Notes: generated from the sequence alone by a model not told the origin. Positions 9,888-21,111 are shown, counted from the first letter of the stretch. The stretch: DNA of 64,000 nt from an uncultured Mollicutes bacterium (GCA_900549975.1 URQK01000001.1:23400-87399), one strand, 5' to 3'. A program made the numbers and translations.

Positions 9888-10517
9888 ATGGAAAGAAAAA
9901 GTATACTAATTGCCATTGGCGGAGGCTCGGGTTCAGGAAAGACAACTTTATCTGATTATTTAGAAACAATATTCAAAGATGATTTAGTTCGTGTTTCTTA
10001 TGACACCTATTGTAATGATCGTAGTCACTTATCCCCGGAAGAAAGAACTAAAAGCAATTATGATGTTCCCGAATCATATGATGCACCATTATTCAGTAAA
10101 CATTTAAAAGAATTATTGGAAGGCAAAAGTATTCAAAAACCAATTTATGATTTTAAAACCCACTCACGAATCAAAGAAACCCAATTAGTGGAACCTAAGA
10201 AAATTATTATTGTTGAAGGTATTATGATTTATCAAGTGCCTGGTATTCGTGATTTATTAGATTTATCTATTTATGTAGATACTGATGCCGATGTGCGCGT
10301 ATTAAGAAGATTATCGCGTGATGTTAAAGAAAGAGGCCGCACTATTGAATCAGTAATCGACCAATATTTAACCACAGTCAAGCCATGTCATTATAAATAT
10401 ATAGAACCAACAAAAGATGATTGTGATATTGTTTTTATTAATAATGATAATAATGGTTTAGACGAAATTCAAATTGAAAAAGTTATGCGTAGAATTAATG
10501 AGCTTATAAATCGTTAA
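9888..10517 (+). CDS. udk: Uridine kinase
   Basis: P-loop IAIGGGSGSGKTT, IIIVEGIM motif and overall Udk architecture; 209 aa. Confidence 0.85.
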   Translation: MERKSILIAIGGGSGSGKTTLSDYLETIFKDDLVRVSYDTYCNDRSHLSPEERTKSNYDVPESYDAPLFSKHLKELLEGKSIQKPIYDFKTHSRIKETQLVEPKKIIIVEGIMIYQVPGIRDLLDLSIYVDTDADVRVLRRLSRDVKERGRTIESVIDQYLTTVKPCHYKYIEPTKDDCDIVFINNDNNGLDEIQIEKVMRRINELINR

Positions 10518-10689
10518 GAAACTCGTAATATTCGGGCCAACGATATTCTCTAATTGGATATACGCTCCCATCTTTAAAATATAAAACTAAAGCAGGTTTA
10601 ATGTTATGAAATGAGTCAAGATACTCATATCGTATTAATAGGCCTGCTTTTATTTTCTTCTTTATAATTCCGTGGTAATTAAAGTACAT
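10504..10689 (-). CDS. Hypothetical small protein (61 aa), convergent with and overlapping the udk 3' end
   Basis: ORF only. Aromatic-rich (YEYLDSFHNIKPALVLYFKDGSVYPIREYRWPEYYEF). No clear RBS in the AT-rich upstream region. Confidence 0.25.
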   Translation of the reverse strand: MYFNYHGIIKKKIKAGLLIRYEYLDSFHNIKPALVLYFKDGSVYPIREYRWPEYYEFLNDL

Positions 10690-10958
10690 ATAATTAGTTT
10701 ATGAAAAAAATAAAAAAACATTAAAAAAAACACTTTTAAAAAATTGAGCTTTATTATAATAATTATTCTTCTATTTTTGGTGGGTTCATTTTAAGTTTAT
10801 AACAATTTGTTGATAAAGTCTAGTAAAAAATTATGAAAACGATTTTATATAAAAAAGACTATTTTTTTTAGTTTGTTCTATAGTATAATAGAAGTGAACC
10901 CACAACAAAATTTGATAAAAAAGTGGCTTGCAATCGATGTTTTTTTGTAAAAAACATT

Positions 10959-10986
10959 TTGTATAGTAGATAATATCGTGTATAAT
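10959..10986 (+). promoter_or_regulatory. Putative sigma-70 promoter of the phn operon
   Basis: TTGTAT, 16-nt spacer, TATAAT with TG immediately upstream; about 90 nt before the phnD start. Confidence 0.4.
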
Positions 10987-11074
10987 AAATTAGAAGATGG
11001 AAGAGAAGACTATAGTATTAAATCTTCCTAATTCGAAATAGATAAGAACGCGCAAATGTCGCAGGAGGAAATTT

Positions 11075-12169
11075 ATGAAAAAATCTATTTTTACTATGTC
11101 TATGACTGCATTGGTATTATTATGCTTATCATCATGTAACAATGGTAACCTTAATCCTAGTGCTAGCAACAATGGTGCAAAGAAAACAATTAATATCCAA
11201 TTCGTACCATCTAATGACCCAGGAAAGTTAGCTACATTAGCAAGCAAAATGGCTCCAATGCTTGAAAAAATTGAACCAGGATACAAATTCAATATTACAA
11301 CTGGTACTGACTATGCTGCTACAACGCAAGGTTTATTATCAGATCAACTTGATATTGGTTTCTTAACAGCTTCTGGCTATGCTGAAGTTACATTGAAGCA
11401 TCCAGGAAAAGTAGAAGTATTAATGACTTCTGTTCGTAAAGGCTACCAAGTTCAAGAAGATTATAAAACTGAAGCAGATTAAATCAAAGCTATGAACCAA
11501 GAAATCAAAGGATATACTTATCATGGCGAACAATCTACTACAGATGTTAACTGGTACTCTTCACAATTAGTAGTAAGAAATGAATATTATAAAGATGCTA
11601 ATAAAGATGGCAAAATTGATATTCTTGATATGGCTGGTTTAACTATTGGTAGAATGGGAACAACTTCTGGTGCTGGTTATTTAAGACCATTACACTACTT
11701 ACATGAACACGGAATGTCAATGGTTGATGATATTACAGATGCAAAAACTCAAATTAAAGGTAAATATTTCAAATCTGGTTACACTGCAGCTTGTGAAGCT
11801 ATGATGAATGGCGAAATTGCTGGATTCTGGGGCTACACCGATGTTAGATATTCTAACTTCTATTCAAAGACAGATAGTTCACACTATCAAGATAACAAAT
11901 TATTTGAAGATTACAAAGTAGTAGCAATTACAGATGGTATTTATAATGATACAATTTCTGCTCGTTCTAATCTTGACCAAGCAACTAAAGATGCTGTTAA
12001 ACATGCATTCAAAGAATTAGTAAAAGATGGTGACATCAATACTGAAGGCACAGGTGCTTATTATCTTTACAATTTATATTCACACACAGGATATAGTGAT
12101 GCTAAAGATAAAGATTTTGATGGCGAAAGAAGTTTCTACCAATTCTGTGTTGACAACAATTTAATTTAA
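11075..12169 (+). pseudogene. phnD: Phosphonate ABC transporter substrate-binding lipoprotein PhnD, interrupted by a single in-frame TAA at 11480-11482
   Basis: ORFs 11075-11482 and 11492-12169 are in the same frame. Together they reconstruct a PhnD-family protein: lipobox LSSC; N-half KKTINIQFVPS...DYAATTQGLLSDQLDIGFL; C-half YSSQLVV...MGTTSGAGYLRP. Confidence 0.6.
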
Positions 12170-12192
12170 TTAAATAAAAGGAAAATAAAATT

Positions 12193-12978
12193 ATGATAGT
12201 CTTTGAAAATGTTACAAAGACGTATCCAAATGGATTTACGGCTTTGAAAAATGTAAATTTGACTATCAATGATGGAGATTTTGTTTGTATTATTGGCTTA
12301 TCAGGCGCTGGAAAATCAACAATAATTAGAACTATCAATAAAATGCATCCAATATCTAGCGGTAGATTATTAGTAAATGGAAAAGACATTTCTTATGCAG
12401 AAGGCAAAGACCTCCGCGCAATCCGCAAAAATATTGGTATGATATTCCAATCATTTAACTTAGTAAAACGTTCTAGTGTCTATAAAAATGTTCTCTCAGG
12501 TAGAGTGGGTTATCACTCTACCTTTGAGTGTATTTTTGGCCTATATTCAAAGGAAGAAAAAATGCTTGCCTTACAATCACTTGATAAGCTAGGCATTCTT
12601 GACAAAGCGTTTGTCCGTGCTGATCAATTAAGCGGTGGGCAAATGCAAAGAGTTGCTCTTGCTAGAGCATTAACTCAACAACCATCATTGATATTAGCTG
12701 ATGAACCAGTTGCGTCGCTTGACCCAATTACTACTTTATCAGTTATGGATGACTTTAAAAGAATTAATCAAGAAGAAAAAATTACTATTGTAGCTAATAT
12801 GCACCATGTTGATTTAGCGCTTAAATACGCAACACGCGTTATCGGCATTCGTGCTGGAGAGATTGTTTTTGATGGAAAACCAGAAGAAGTAACAGAAGAA
12901 GCTTTAATAAAAATTTATGGACGCTCATTAAACCAAAATGAAAAATTAGGGGTGGTTGATAATGAAACCACAAAATAA
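12193..12978 (+). CDS. phnC: Phosphonate ABC transporter ATP-binding protein
   Basis: Walker A GLSGAGKST, ABC signature LSGGQMQRVALAR, Walker B ILADEP. PhnC-like N-terminus. Confidence 0.85.
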   Translation: MIVFENVTKTYPNGFTALKNVNLTINDGDFVCIIGLSGAGKSTIIRTINKMHPISSGRLLVNGKDISYAEGKDLRAIRKNIGMIFQSFNLVKRSSVYKNVLSGRVGYHSTFECIFGLYSKEEKMLALQSLDKLGILDKAFVRADQLSGGQMQRVALARALTQQPSLILADEPVASLDPITTLSVMDDFKRINQEEKITIVANMHHVDLALKYATRVIGIRAGEIVFDGKPEEVTEEALIKIYGRSLNQNEKLGVVDNETTK

Positions 12979-13837
12979 TGGCTTTTTCCATCGCTTAACT
13001 CATAAAACAATGGTAGTTAGTGTAGATGAAAATGGTAATCCAACTAAAGTAATTGAAAAAAAACGTTCACTTATTTTGGTATGGATTGGTTTATATGCAC
13101 TTGTTTTTGGTTTATGTTTTATATTTTTACCAATGAACAATAAAGTGCGTTTTGATCAATTAGGTAATATTGTGTCACAATTATTTGTTCCTTCTAAGTG
13201 GTCTCTTAAAACAAGTGAAGCGTGGTGGAATTATTTGTGGACTGTAGCGGTTAGAAAAATTTGGCAAACAGTTGAAATGATATTTGTTGCTACAGTATTT
13301 GGAACACTTTTAGCAGTTCCTTTTTATCTACTTGCAGCTTCTAATATCACAAGAAGTAAGGCGGTTAATCAACTCATTCGTATTTTAGTTAATATTATAC
13401 GTACTATACCTACTTTTGTATTAGCTATTATTGGAGCAATATTTTATGGATATAGTGAAACTGCTGGTGTGTTTGCTATGACTTTATTTACCTTTGGTAT
13501 TATTTTTAAATTAATGTATGAATATATCGAAACTGTGGATATGAATCCATTTGAAGTGGCAATTTCAAATGGTGGAACAAGATTATCTGCGTATGCGTTA
13601 TCTATTCATCCTCAAGTTAATCCAATGTTTATTTCAAATTTTATCTACACATTTGAAATCAACATTCGTGCTTCAGTTGTATTAGGATTCGTTGGTGCTG
13701 GCGGTATCGGTCAATTATTATCAGATGCAATGGAAGCAACACAATATGACAAAATTGGTGCAATTTTGATACCATTATTAGTTGTGGTATTTGTATTACA
13801 ATTAGTTTCAACTTTTACAAGGAGGAAAGCAATTTAG
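12956..13837 (+). CDS. phnE: Phosphonate ABC transporter permease
   Basis: Six TM helices with a PhnE-type EAA-like loop; overlaps the phnC stop. Confidence 0.8.
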   Translation: MIMKPQNNGFFHRLTHKTMVVSVDENGNPTKVIEKKRSLILVWIGLYALVFGLCFIFLPMNNKVRFDQLGNIVSQLFVPSKWSLKTSEAWWNYLWTVAVRKIWQTVEMIFVATVFGTLLAVPFYLLAASNITRSKAVNQLIRILVNIIRTIPTFVLAIIGAIFYGYSETAGVFAMTLFTFGIIFKLMYEYIETVDMNPFEVAISNGGTRLSAYALSIHPQVNPMFISNFIYTFEINIRASVVLGFVGAGGIGQLLSDAMEATQYDKIGAILIPLLVVVFVLQLVSTFTRRKAI

Positions 13838-13838
13838 T

Positions 13839-14729
13839 ATGAAAACATTAGAATCTTCAGCGTATGCAAAACTTCCTTGGTATAAAAAAATGTTTTATAA
13901 AGTGCAACATCACTTTACTTCAATTGACGAAGCATATAAGTCAAGGCCAAAAAAATGGATATACAATTTAGTATTTGTTATTTTACTTGTTGCTATCCTT
14001 TTATATTTTAGTTTAGATATAAATTTGTTTGATAATTTTAGACATCCTAACTGGGCAAAATTAGGGAAAATATTTGAAGGATTTTTTCATCCTAATTTTA
14101 ATTATATGTTTGGAATTGGTGGACAATTTACTTTCAAAACATCAGTTGTTTATCAAGTTATAGAAACATTCGCTATTGCCCTTGTTGGAACAACAATTGC
14201 CTCAATTTTATCTATTCCTTTTGGCTTTTTGGCAAGTCAAAAAATAGCTGGAAAATTTTCAATCATTTCGGAGATTTTTCTTATTTTAATAAGAACTTTC
14301 CCGGAATTGCTTTTAGGATATATGTTTATTCAAGTATTTGGCTTTGGGCCTGTAACAGGTGTTGCAGTTTTATCAATCCATTCCGTAGGAATGATTGGAA
14401 AAATGTATTCAGAGCAATTAGATTTAATTTCTAATGATCCGCTTGAAGCACTTGATGCAGTAGGAGCAACTCCATTTACAAGAATCCAATATGGCGTAGT
14501 GCCACAAATTGCACCTAACTTTGCGAATGTTATTTTATACCGTTTTGATTTAAATATTCGTACAGCTTCTATTTTAGGATTAGTTGGTGCTGGTGGTGTT
14601 GGTTATCCTATTAGTGTTTATTCACAAAATGAACACTGGGGAGAACTAGCCGCAGTTTTATATGGTGTTATATTATTAGTAATTATTGTTGATGTTGCTT
14701 CATCATTCTTAAGAAAGAAATTAGTGTAG
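13839..14729 (+). CDS. phnE: Phosphonate ABC transporter permease (second copy)
   Basis: Paralogous to the upstream permease (shared GLVGAGG...ISVYSQ motifs). Confidence 0.8.
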   Translation: MKTLESSAYAKLPWYKKMFYKVQHHFTSIDEAYKSRPKKWIYNLVFVILLVAILLYFSLDINLFDNFRHPNWAKLGKIFEGFFHPNFNYMFGIGGQFTFKTSVVYQVIETFAIALVGTTIASILSIPFGFLASQKIAGKFSIISEIFLILIRTFPELLLGYMFIQVFGFGPVTGVAVLSIHSVGMIGKMYSEQLDLISNDPLEALDAVGATPFTRIQYGVVPQIAPNFANVILYRFDLNIRTASILGLVGAGGVGYPISVYSQNEHWGELAAVLYGVILLVIIVDVASSFLRKKLV

Positions 14730-14731
14730 TT

Positions 14732-15202
14732 ATGCGTAAATTAATTCTTTTAGCAGGACTTCCTGGAACAGGCAAATCATATTATGCTCAATCGATTCAA
14801 GACGAGAATTGCCATATTATTTCAAGTGATGAAACACGTTTTTCTATTACTCATGATTATCGTATAATCCTTGAAGATATGAATGTTGTTTATGATAAAA
14901 TGATTGATAAAACTAATGAATTATTAGCAACTAATGATAATATTACTATTATTTTAGACTCAACATTCTTAGATGATAAAAGAAGGAACTATTTTTTGGA
15001 TAAAATAAAAGGCGCTGACTACATTCAATTAGTAATGTTAAAAGCAAACATTGATACAATTCTGAGGCGAAATCATAAAAGGCAAGAAGAAAAATGGGTG
15101 CCAGAAGATGTTATATTATCAATGATGGAAAGATATAAAGACCCAAGTTCAGATAATATTTACCGCTACAATTTTATTAAGGTGGTTTATGTAAATGACT
15201 AG
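14732..15202 (+). CDS. P-loop kinase (AAA_33/polynucleotide-kinase-like NTPase)
   Basis: Walker A GLPGTGKSY at the N-terminus, 156 aa. Translationally coupled to the phnE stop. Confidence 0.6.
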   Translation: MRKLILLAGLPGTGKSYYAQSIQDENCHIISSDETRFSITHDYRIILEDMNVVYDKMIDKTNELLATNDNITIILDSTFLDDKRRNYFLDKIKGADYIQLVMLKANIDTILRRNHKRQEEKWVPEDVILSMMERYKDPSSDNIYRYNFIKVVYVND

Positions 15203-15881
15203 TTTAAAATTTTTAGGTAATGGCTCAGCATTTAATTATGATTTAGATAACACAGCAGCGTATTTTAAATATGATAATACATTTTATATATTTGATTGCG
15301 GAGAAAAAATTGCTAGTAAAATTATAAAATATATTGATTTTAGCAAAGAAAATGATGTGATTATTTCTATAACGCATATGCATGGGGATCATATTGGCTC
15401 ACTTGAAGCATTGCTTGTTTATTTAACTATCATAAATCCGGTTCATAGTGTAACTATTTTGTGTTCAAATAAAAACAAAATGATAGCATTTTTAAAATTA
15501 ACAGATTATAACTATGAATTAGTGGATATTATGGAAGATACTATTTATAAAGATAAGAATGTTACTATTGAATCAGTCGAGGCGAAACACATATCGGATA
15601 GTCGCAGTTATTTTGTTTATTCTCCTTTAGAAAAATTCTTTTATTCTGGAGACACATGTCTATTAAATCAGAAAGCAAAACAAATGCTTTTTGCAGGTGA
15701 ATTAGATAACCTGTACCATGAAGTTAGCGATAAAGATTCTAACTTTCATATTGGATTAGATACAATAAGCAAAGAAATACCACTTGAATATCGTAATAGA
15801 GTATTTCTAATGCATTTTGATAGTGATTTGTTAATAAAAAAATGCATTGACGAAGGATTTAACATAGCAAGAGCAATTTAA
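15195..15881 (+). CDS. MBL-fold metallo-hydrolase, PhnP/RNase Z-like phosphodiesterase
   Basis: N-terminal LKFLGNGSAF and an HMHGDHIG (HxHxDH) zinc motif. Overlaps the kinase gene by 8 nt. Confidence 0.6.
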   Translation: MTSLKFLGNGSAFNYDLDNTAAYFKYDNTFYIFDCGEKIASKIIKYIDFSKENDVIISITHMHGDHIGSLEALLVYLTIINPVHSVTILCSNKNKMIAFLKLTDYNYELVDIMEDTIYKDKNVTIESVEAKHISDSRSYFVYSPLEKFFYSGDTCLLNQKAKQMLFAGELDNLYHEVSDKDSNFHIGLDTISKEIPLEYRNRVFLMHFDSDLLIKKCIDEGFNIARAI

Positions 15882-15914
15882 TTGTTATCTTGTTTTGAAT
15901 ACTATTTTGAGATT

Positions 15915-15937
15915 AGCACCTTAGTTGTGCTTTTTTC
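15915..15937 (+). terminator. Weak terminator hairpin after the MBL gene
   Basis: AGCAC ... GTGCT stem followed by TTTTTT. Confidence 0.35.
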
Positions 15938-15957
15938 TTTTGCTTAATGCTTATTAA

Positions 15958-17117
<1,160 letters not shown>

Positions 17118-17118
<1 letters not shown>

Positions 17119-18155
17119 TGGATATTAGTTTATTTGATTTTGACTTGCCAGAAGAGTTAATTGCGCAATCACCAGCAAAAAAGCGCGATGAATCTCGTTT
17201 AATGGTTATTAATAAAGATACAAAAACTTATGAACATAAGCATTTTTATGATATTGTTGATTACTTACATGCTGGTGATGTTTTAGTTAGAAATAACACT
17301 AAGGTTATACCGGCTCGATTGTTAGGTGAAAAAGAAAAAACTCATGCTCATGTTGAATTGTTGTTGTTAAAACAATTAGAAAACGACAACTGGGAATGCT
17401 TAGTGGGCAATGCTAAAACAGTTAAAGTTGGCACTATCGTGTCCTTTGGTAATGGCGAATTAAAAGCGGAATGCTTAGAAATTAAAGAAGAAGGCATTCG
17501 TATTATGCACATGATTTATGAAGGTGTTTTTTATGAAGTGCTTGATAAATTGGGCAAAATGCCTTTGCCTCCATATATCCGTAAACAATGTGATGATAAT
17601 TCGCGTTATCAAACTGTCTATGCTAAAGTAGAAGGAAGTGCTGCTGCTCCAACTGCAGGATTCCATTTTACAGAAGAATTATTTGAAAAATTAAAACAAA
17701 AAGGTGTTAGTGTTGTAGATGTTACTTTACATATTGGACTAGGCACATTTAGACCGGTAAAAGTAAATGATGTTTTAGAACACCATATGCATTCGGAATA
17801 TTATGTTATGAGCCAAGAAACTGCAGACGTATTAAACAAAGCAAAAAAAGAACATCGTCGAATTATTTCAATCGGTACAACCTCAACACGTGTTTTAGAA
17901 TCTGTTATGCAAGAATATGGAACTTTTAAAGCATGCTCTGGAAACACCTCAATATTTATTTATCCAGGATATAAGTATTTAGCGATTGATGGATTAATCA
18001 CTAATTTTCATTTACCTAAATCCACTTTAATTATGCTTGTATCCGCTCTTGCGGGACGTGAATTTATTTTAGAATGTTATAAAGAAGCTGTTAAAGAAAA
18101 ATATCGTTTCTTCTCTTTTGGAGATGCAATGTTTATTTATGGAAAAGAAAATTAA
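17118..18155 (+). CDS. queA: S-adenosylmethionine:tRNA ribosyltransferase-isomerase
   Basis: N-terminus [20 protein letters not shown] and full-length QueA-like sequence. Confidence 0.9.
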
Positions 18156-18795
18156 CTATTATTTAGAATCACTTAAAGAAATAGAAGCATTAAACGGTAA
18201 ACGCCCAACATTACTTTTACATGCTTGTTGCGGACCATGTCTTACTTTTCCAATTAAATTTTTAAGTCAATATTTTGATGTTACTGTCTTTTATAATAAC
18301 TCAAATATATTTCCAGAAAGTGAATATCAAAGAAGAAAAGATGAACTTAAAAAATTTTTAGAATATTTCTATAAAGATTATAACGTGCGCGTAGAAGTGA
18401 TTGAAACGCCTTATGATAATGATACGTATAACAAAGACTTAGAACCATACAAAGATCAACCAGAAGGATTAGAACGCTGTAAGATTTGCTATACCAAAAG
18501 AATGGATGAAGCGTTTAAGTACGCTAACGAGCATAAGTTTGATTATTTTACAACAGTTATGACTATTTCTAGGCAAAAGAATAGCCAAATTTTAAATGCT
18601 ATTGGTAAAGAATTAGAGAAAAAATACGACTATACAAAATATTTTTATTCTGATTTTAAGAAAAACAAAGGCATAGATGAAGCACGTGAAATGCGTATTA
18701 AATATAATCTTTATCAACAACTTTATTGCGGTTGCAAGTATACTTATCACAAGCAATTTTTAGTAAAAAATCATCAAAAAGAAGAACAAAAATAA
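18118..18795 (+). CDS. queH: Epoxyqueuosine reductase QueH (DUF208); the real start is probably ATG 18139
   Basis: Motifs HACCGPC, CxxCY and a C-terminal CGC; overlaps the queA 3' end in another frame. Confidence 0.7.
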   Translation: MEMQCLFMEKKINYYLESLKEIEALNGKRPTLLLHACCGPCLTFPIKFLSQYFDVTVFYNNSNIFPESEYQRRKDELKKFLEYFYKDYNVRVEVIETPYDNDTYNKDLEPYKDQPEGLERCKICYTKRMDEAFKYANEHKFDYFTTVMTISRQKNSQILNAIGKELEKKYDYTKYFYSDFKKNKGIDEAREMRIKYNLYQQLYCGCKYTYHKQFLVKNHQKEEQK

Positions 18796-18944
18796 CGATT
18801 AAGCGAGTTGAAAAAACTTGCTTTTTTTGTAATTTAAATTTTGCTTATAATAAAGATGCTTCCTTAAAAAACTAACAAAATTGTTCTAAAAATCGAGCTT
18901 ATATTATAAATATAATATTTATTCAATAAATAGTGAAAAAATGC

Positions 18945-18973
18945 TTGACTATATAATGCGTTTTTGATAAACT
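18945..18973 (+). promoter_or_regulatory. Putative promoter of the S10 operon, followed by a ~120-nt GC-richer structured leader
   Basis: TTGACT, 17-nt spacer, TAAACT. The leader (18980-19100) contains several 5-6 bp complementary segments. Confidence 0.35.
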
Positions 18974-19103
18974 TTCAATGTTTGATGCTTGCGATGAAGT
19001 GCAAGGTTGCTGATACGCCGAAGGCTGTTGTCATGAATGAGGCGTTCAGGGAATTTACACGGAGCAACGTCTAAGCCTGATTTAGACAAAGGAGGAATTA
19101 TTC

Positions 19104-19415
19104 ATGGCTAAAAGTAAAAAGATTAGAGTCCGCTTACAAGCTTATGATCACAAATTAGTCGATGTTTCAGTCGAAAAGATCATTGATGCGGCAACTAAAT
19201 CTGGGGCCAAGGTTGTAGGTCCTATTCCACTACCAACGGAAAAACAAGTTTATACAATCTTAAGAGCTGTTCACAAATATAAAGATGCTCGTGAACAATT
19301 TGAAATTAGAACTCACAAGAGACTAATTGATATTGTTAACCCAACTAAGGAAACAGTCGATGCATTACGTAGATTATCCTTACCAAGTGGTGTCAATATC
19401 GATATCAAGTTATAA
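19104..19415 (+). CDS. rpsJ: 30S ribosomal protein S10
   Basis: Conserved S10 sequence; GGAGG RBS. Confidence 0.95.
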   Translation: MAKSKKIRVRLQAYDHKLVDVSVEKIIDAATKSGAKVVGPIPLPTEKQVYTILRAVHKYKDAREQFEIRTHKRLIDIVNPTKETVDALRRLSLPSGVNIDIKL

Positions 19416-19429
19416 GGAGGTAAAACATC

Positions 19430-20116
19430 GTGAAACAAATAGTAGGACGCAAAATGGGTATGACTCAAGTCTTCGCTACTGATGGAACAATGTATCCAGT
19501 TACAGTTATCGAAGTTTTACCAAATGTCGTAACTCAAAAGAAAACCGTCGAAAAAGATGGTTATGAAGCTATCCAAGTTGGCTACGAAGAAAAGAAAGAA
19601 AATCGTGCTAACAAAGCTGAAAAGGGTATCTTCGCTAAAGCAAACACCACACCTAAGTACGAATTAAGAGAACTTAAGGGTGATGAAATGGCTAAATACA
19701 ACGTTGGTGATTCAATCACTGTTGATATTTTCCAAGCTGGTGACGTAATCGACGTTACTGGTACAAGCAAAGGTAAAGGTTTCTCTGGTGCTATTAAACG
19801 CTATGGCTACACAATCGGACCTAAAGGACATGGATCTGGCTATCACAGAGGCTCAGGATCTTATGCAACAATCGGTAGAACAAACAACCGTATTCATCCT
19901 GGTAAGAAATCTGCTGGTCATCACGGTAACAAAACCGCAACTATCTTAAACTTAGTGGTTGTTGCAGTTGATGCATCAAAGAATGCTCTCTTAGTAAAAG
20001 GTGCAATTCCTGGACCTACAAAATCAATCGTTACAGTAAGAAGTGCTGTTAAAGCTCAAAAAAGTGCAAAAGTTATTAAGACTTTAGTAAACAACACTAC
20101 TGCTGCAGCAGAATAG
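19430..20116 (+). CDS. rplC: 50S ribosomal protein L3 (GTG start)
   Basis: L3 N-terminus ...GRKMGMTQVF. AAGGAGG RBS precedes the GTG start. Confidence 0.93.
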   Translation: MKQIVGRKMGMTQVFATDGTMYPVTVIEVLPNVVTQKKTVEKDGYEAIQVGYEEKKENRANKAEKGIFAKANTTPKYELRELKGDEMAKYNVGDSITVDIFQAGDVIDVTGTSKGKGFSGAIKRYGYTIGPKGHGSGYHRGSGSYATIGRTNNRIHPGKKSAGHHGNKTATILNLVVVAVDASKNALLVKGAIPGPTKSIVTVRSAVKAQKSAKVIKTLVNNTTAAAE

Positions 20117-20128
20117 TGAGGTATAACT

Positions 20129-20773
20129 ATGGCAGAGAAAGTAAAGAATGTTAAGGTTCCAGTCGTATCTATGACTGGCGAAAATGTTTCAAATATGTTA
20201 CTTAAAGGTGAAGTATTTAACATTGAACCTAATAAATCAGTTATGTTTGATGCTGTTCAAGTTTATCAAGCTAACAAACGTCAAGCTACTGCAAAAACTA
20301 AAGTTCGTTCTGAAGTTAGCGGTGGCGGTAAAAAACCATGGAAACAAAAAGGTACAGGTCGTGCTCGTGCAGGATCTAGCCGTTCTCCAATTTGGGTTGG
20401 CGGTGGTACCGTATTTGGACCAGATGGAAGACAAAACTACTCATTATCAATGAATAAAGCAGCTCATAACTTAGCTCTTCGTTCAGCTTTATCTTTAAAA
20501 GTAAAAGAAAAAGCAGTTGTTGTATTTGATAAATTAGATTTAGCAGATGCAAAAACAAAAAATATGGTTAGTGTTTTAAAAGCAGTTAACGCTGGTAAAA
20601 AAGTTCTAATCGTATTAGATGAAGAAAACGAAAACGTTATTAAAGCTGCAAGAAATATTCCTGGCACAATGATTGTTCCAACTGATAATGTTTGTGTTTA
20701 TGACTTATTAAATGTTGATACTGTCGTTGCAACAAAGGCAGCTATCAAAGCAGTTGAGGAGGCACTTAAATAA
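20129..20773 (+). CDS. rplD: 50S ribosomal protein L4
   Basis: Conserved L4 sequence. Confidence 0.93.
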   Translation: MAEKVKNVKVPVVSMTGENVSNMLLKGEVFNIEPNKSVMFDAVQVYQANKRQATAKTKVRSEVSGGGKKPWKQKGTGRARAGSSRSPIWVGGGTVFGPDGRQNYSLSMNKAAHNLALRSALSLKVKEKAVVVFDKLDLADAKTKNMVSVLKAVNAGKKVLIVLDEENENVIKAARNIPGTMIVPTDNVCVYDLLNVDTVVATKAAIKAVEEALK

Positions 20774-21111
20774 TGGCAAAGAAAACTCAAGAAGCCGCAG
20801 AAAAGCGCTTCGCAAAACCAACTAAAAAACAATTTGATGTCATTGTTCGTCCAGTTATCACTGAGAAATCAATGGCTATGGCTCAAAACCAAAACAAAAT
20901 TGTTGTCGAAGTATTAAAGTCAGCTAATCGTGCTGAAATCAAAATGGCTTTCGAATCAGTATTCCAAGTCAAAGTAAAAGAAGTCAACATTATTAACGTT
21001 GATGCAAAAGCAGCTAAAAGAGGCACACGTTATCCTGGAATGGTTCCTGGATACAAGAAAGCAATTGTTACACTTGCTGATGGTGAAGCCTTAGATTTAT
21101 TCAAAGAATAG
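20773..21111 (+). CDS. rplW: 50S ribosomal protein L23
   Basis: Conserved L23 sequence. Confidence 0.92.
   Translation: MAKKTQEAAEKRFAKPTKKQFDVIVRPVITEKSMAMAQNQNKIVVEVLKSANRAEIKMAFESVFQVKVKEVNIINVDAKAAKRGTRYPGMVPGYKKAIVTLADGEALDLFKE

Noticed and set aside
10990-11292. 100-aa minus-strand ORF overlapping the phnD start and promoter
   Set aside because: It is antisense to the phnD signal-peptide region and has no start signals. It is most likely spurious.
18060-18125. Apparent continuous reading frame from queA into queH when the displayed text is read literally
   Set aside because: The printed bases around 18061 and 18121 are inconsistent by one nucleotide with the ORF-track coordinates, as if a g were displaced. 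I treated this as a display issue and followed the ORF track: separate, overlapping queA and queH in different frames.
20184-20667. Several 60-90 aa ORFs on both strands overlapping rplD
   Set aside because: They are alternative-frame or antisense ORFs inside a conserved ribosomal gene. Their translations are low-complexity and Leu/Lys/Phe-rich.
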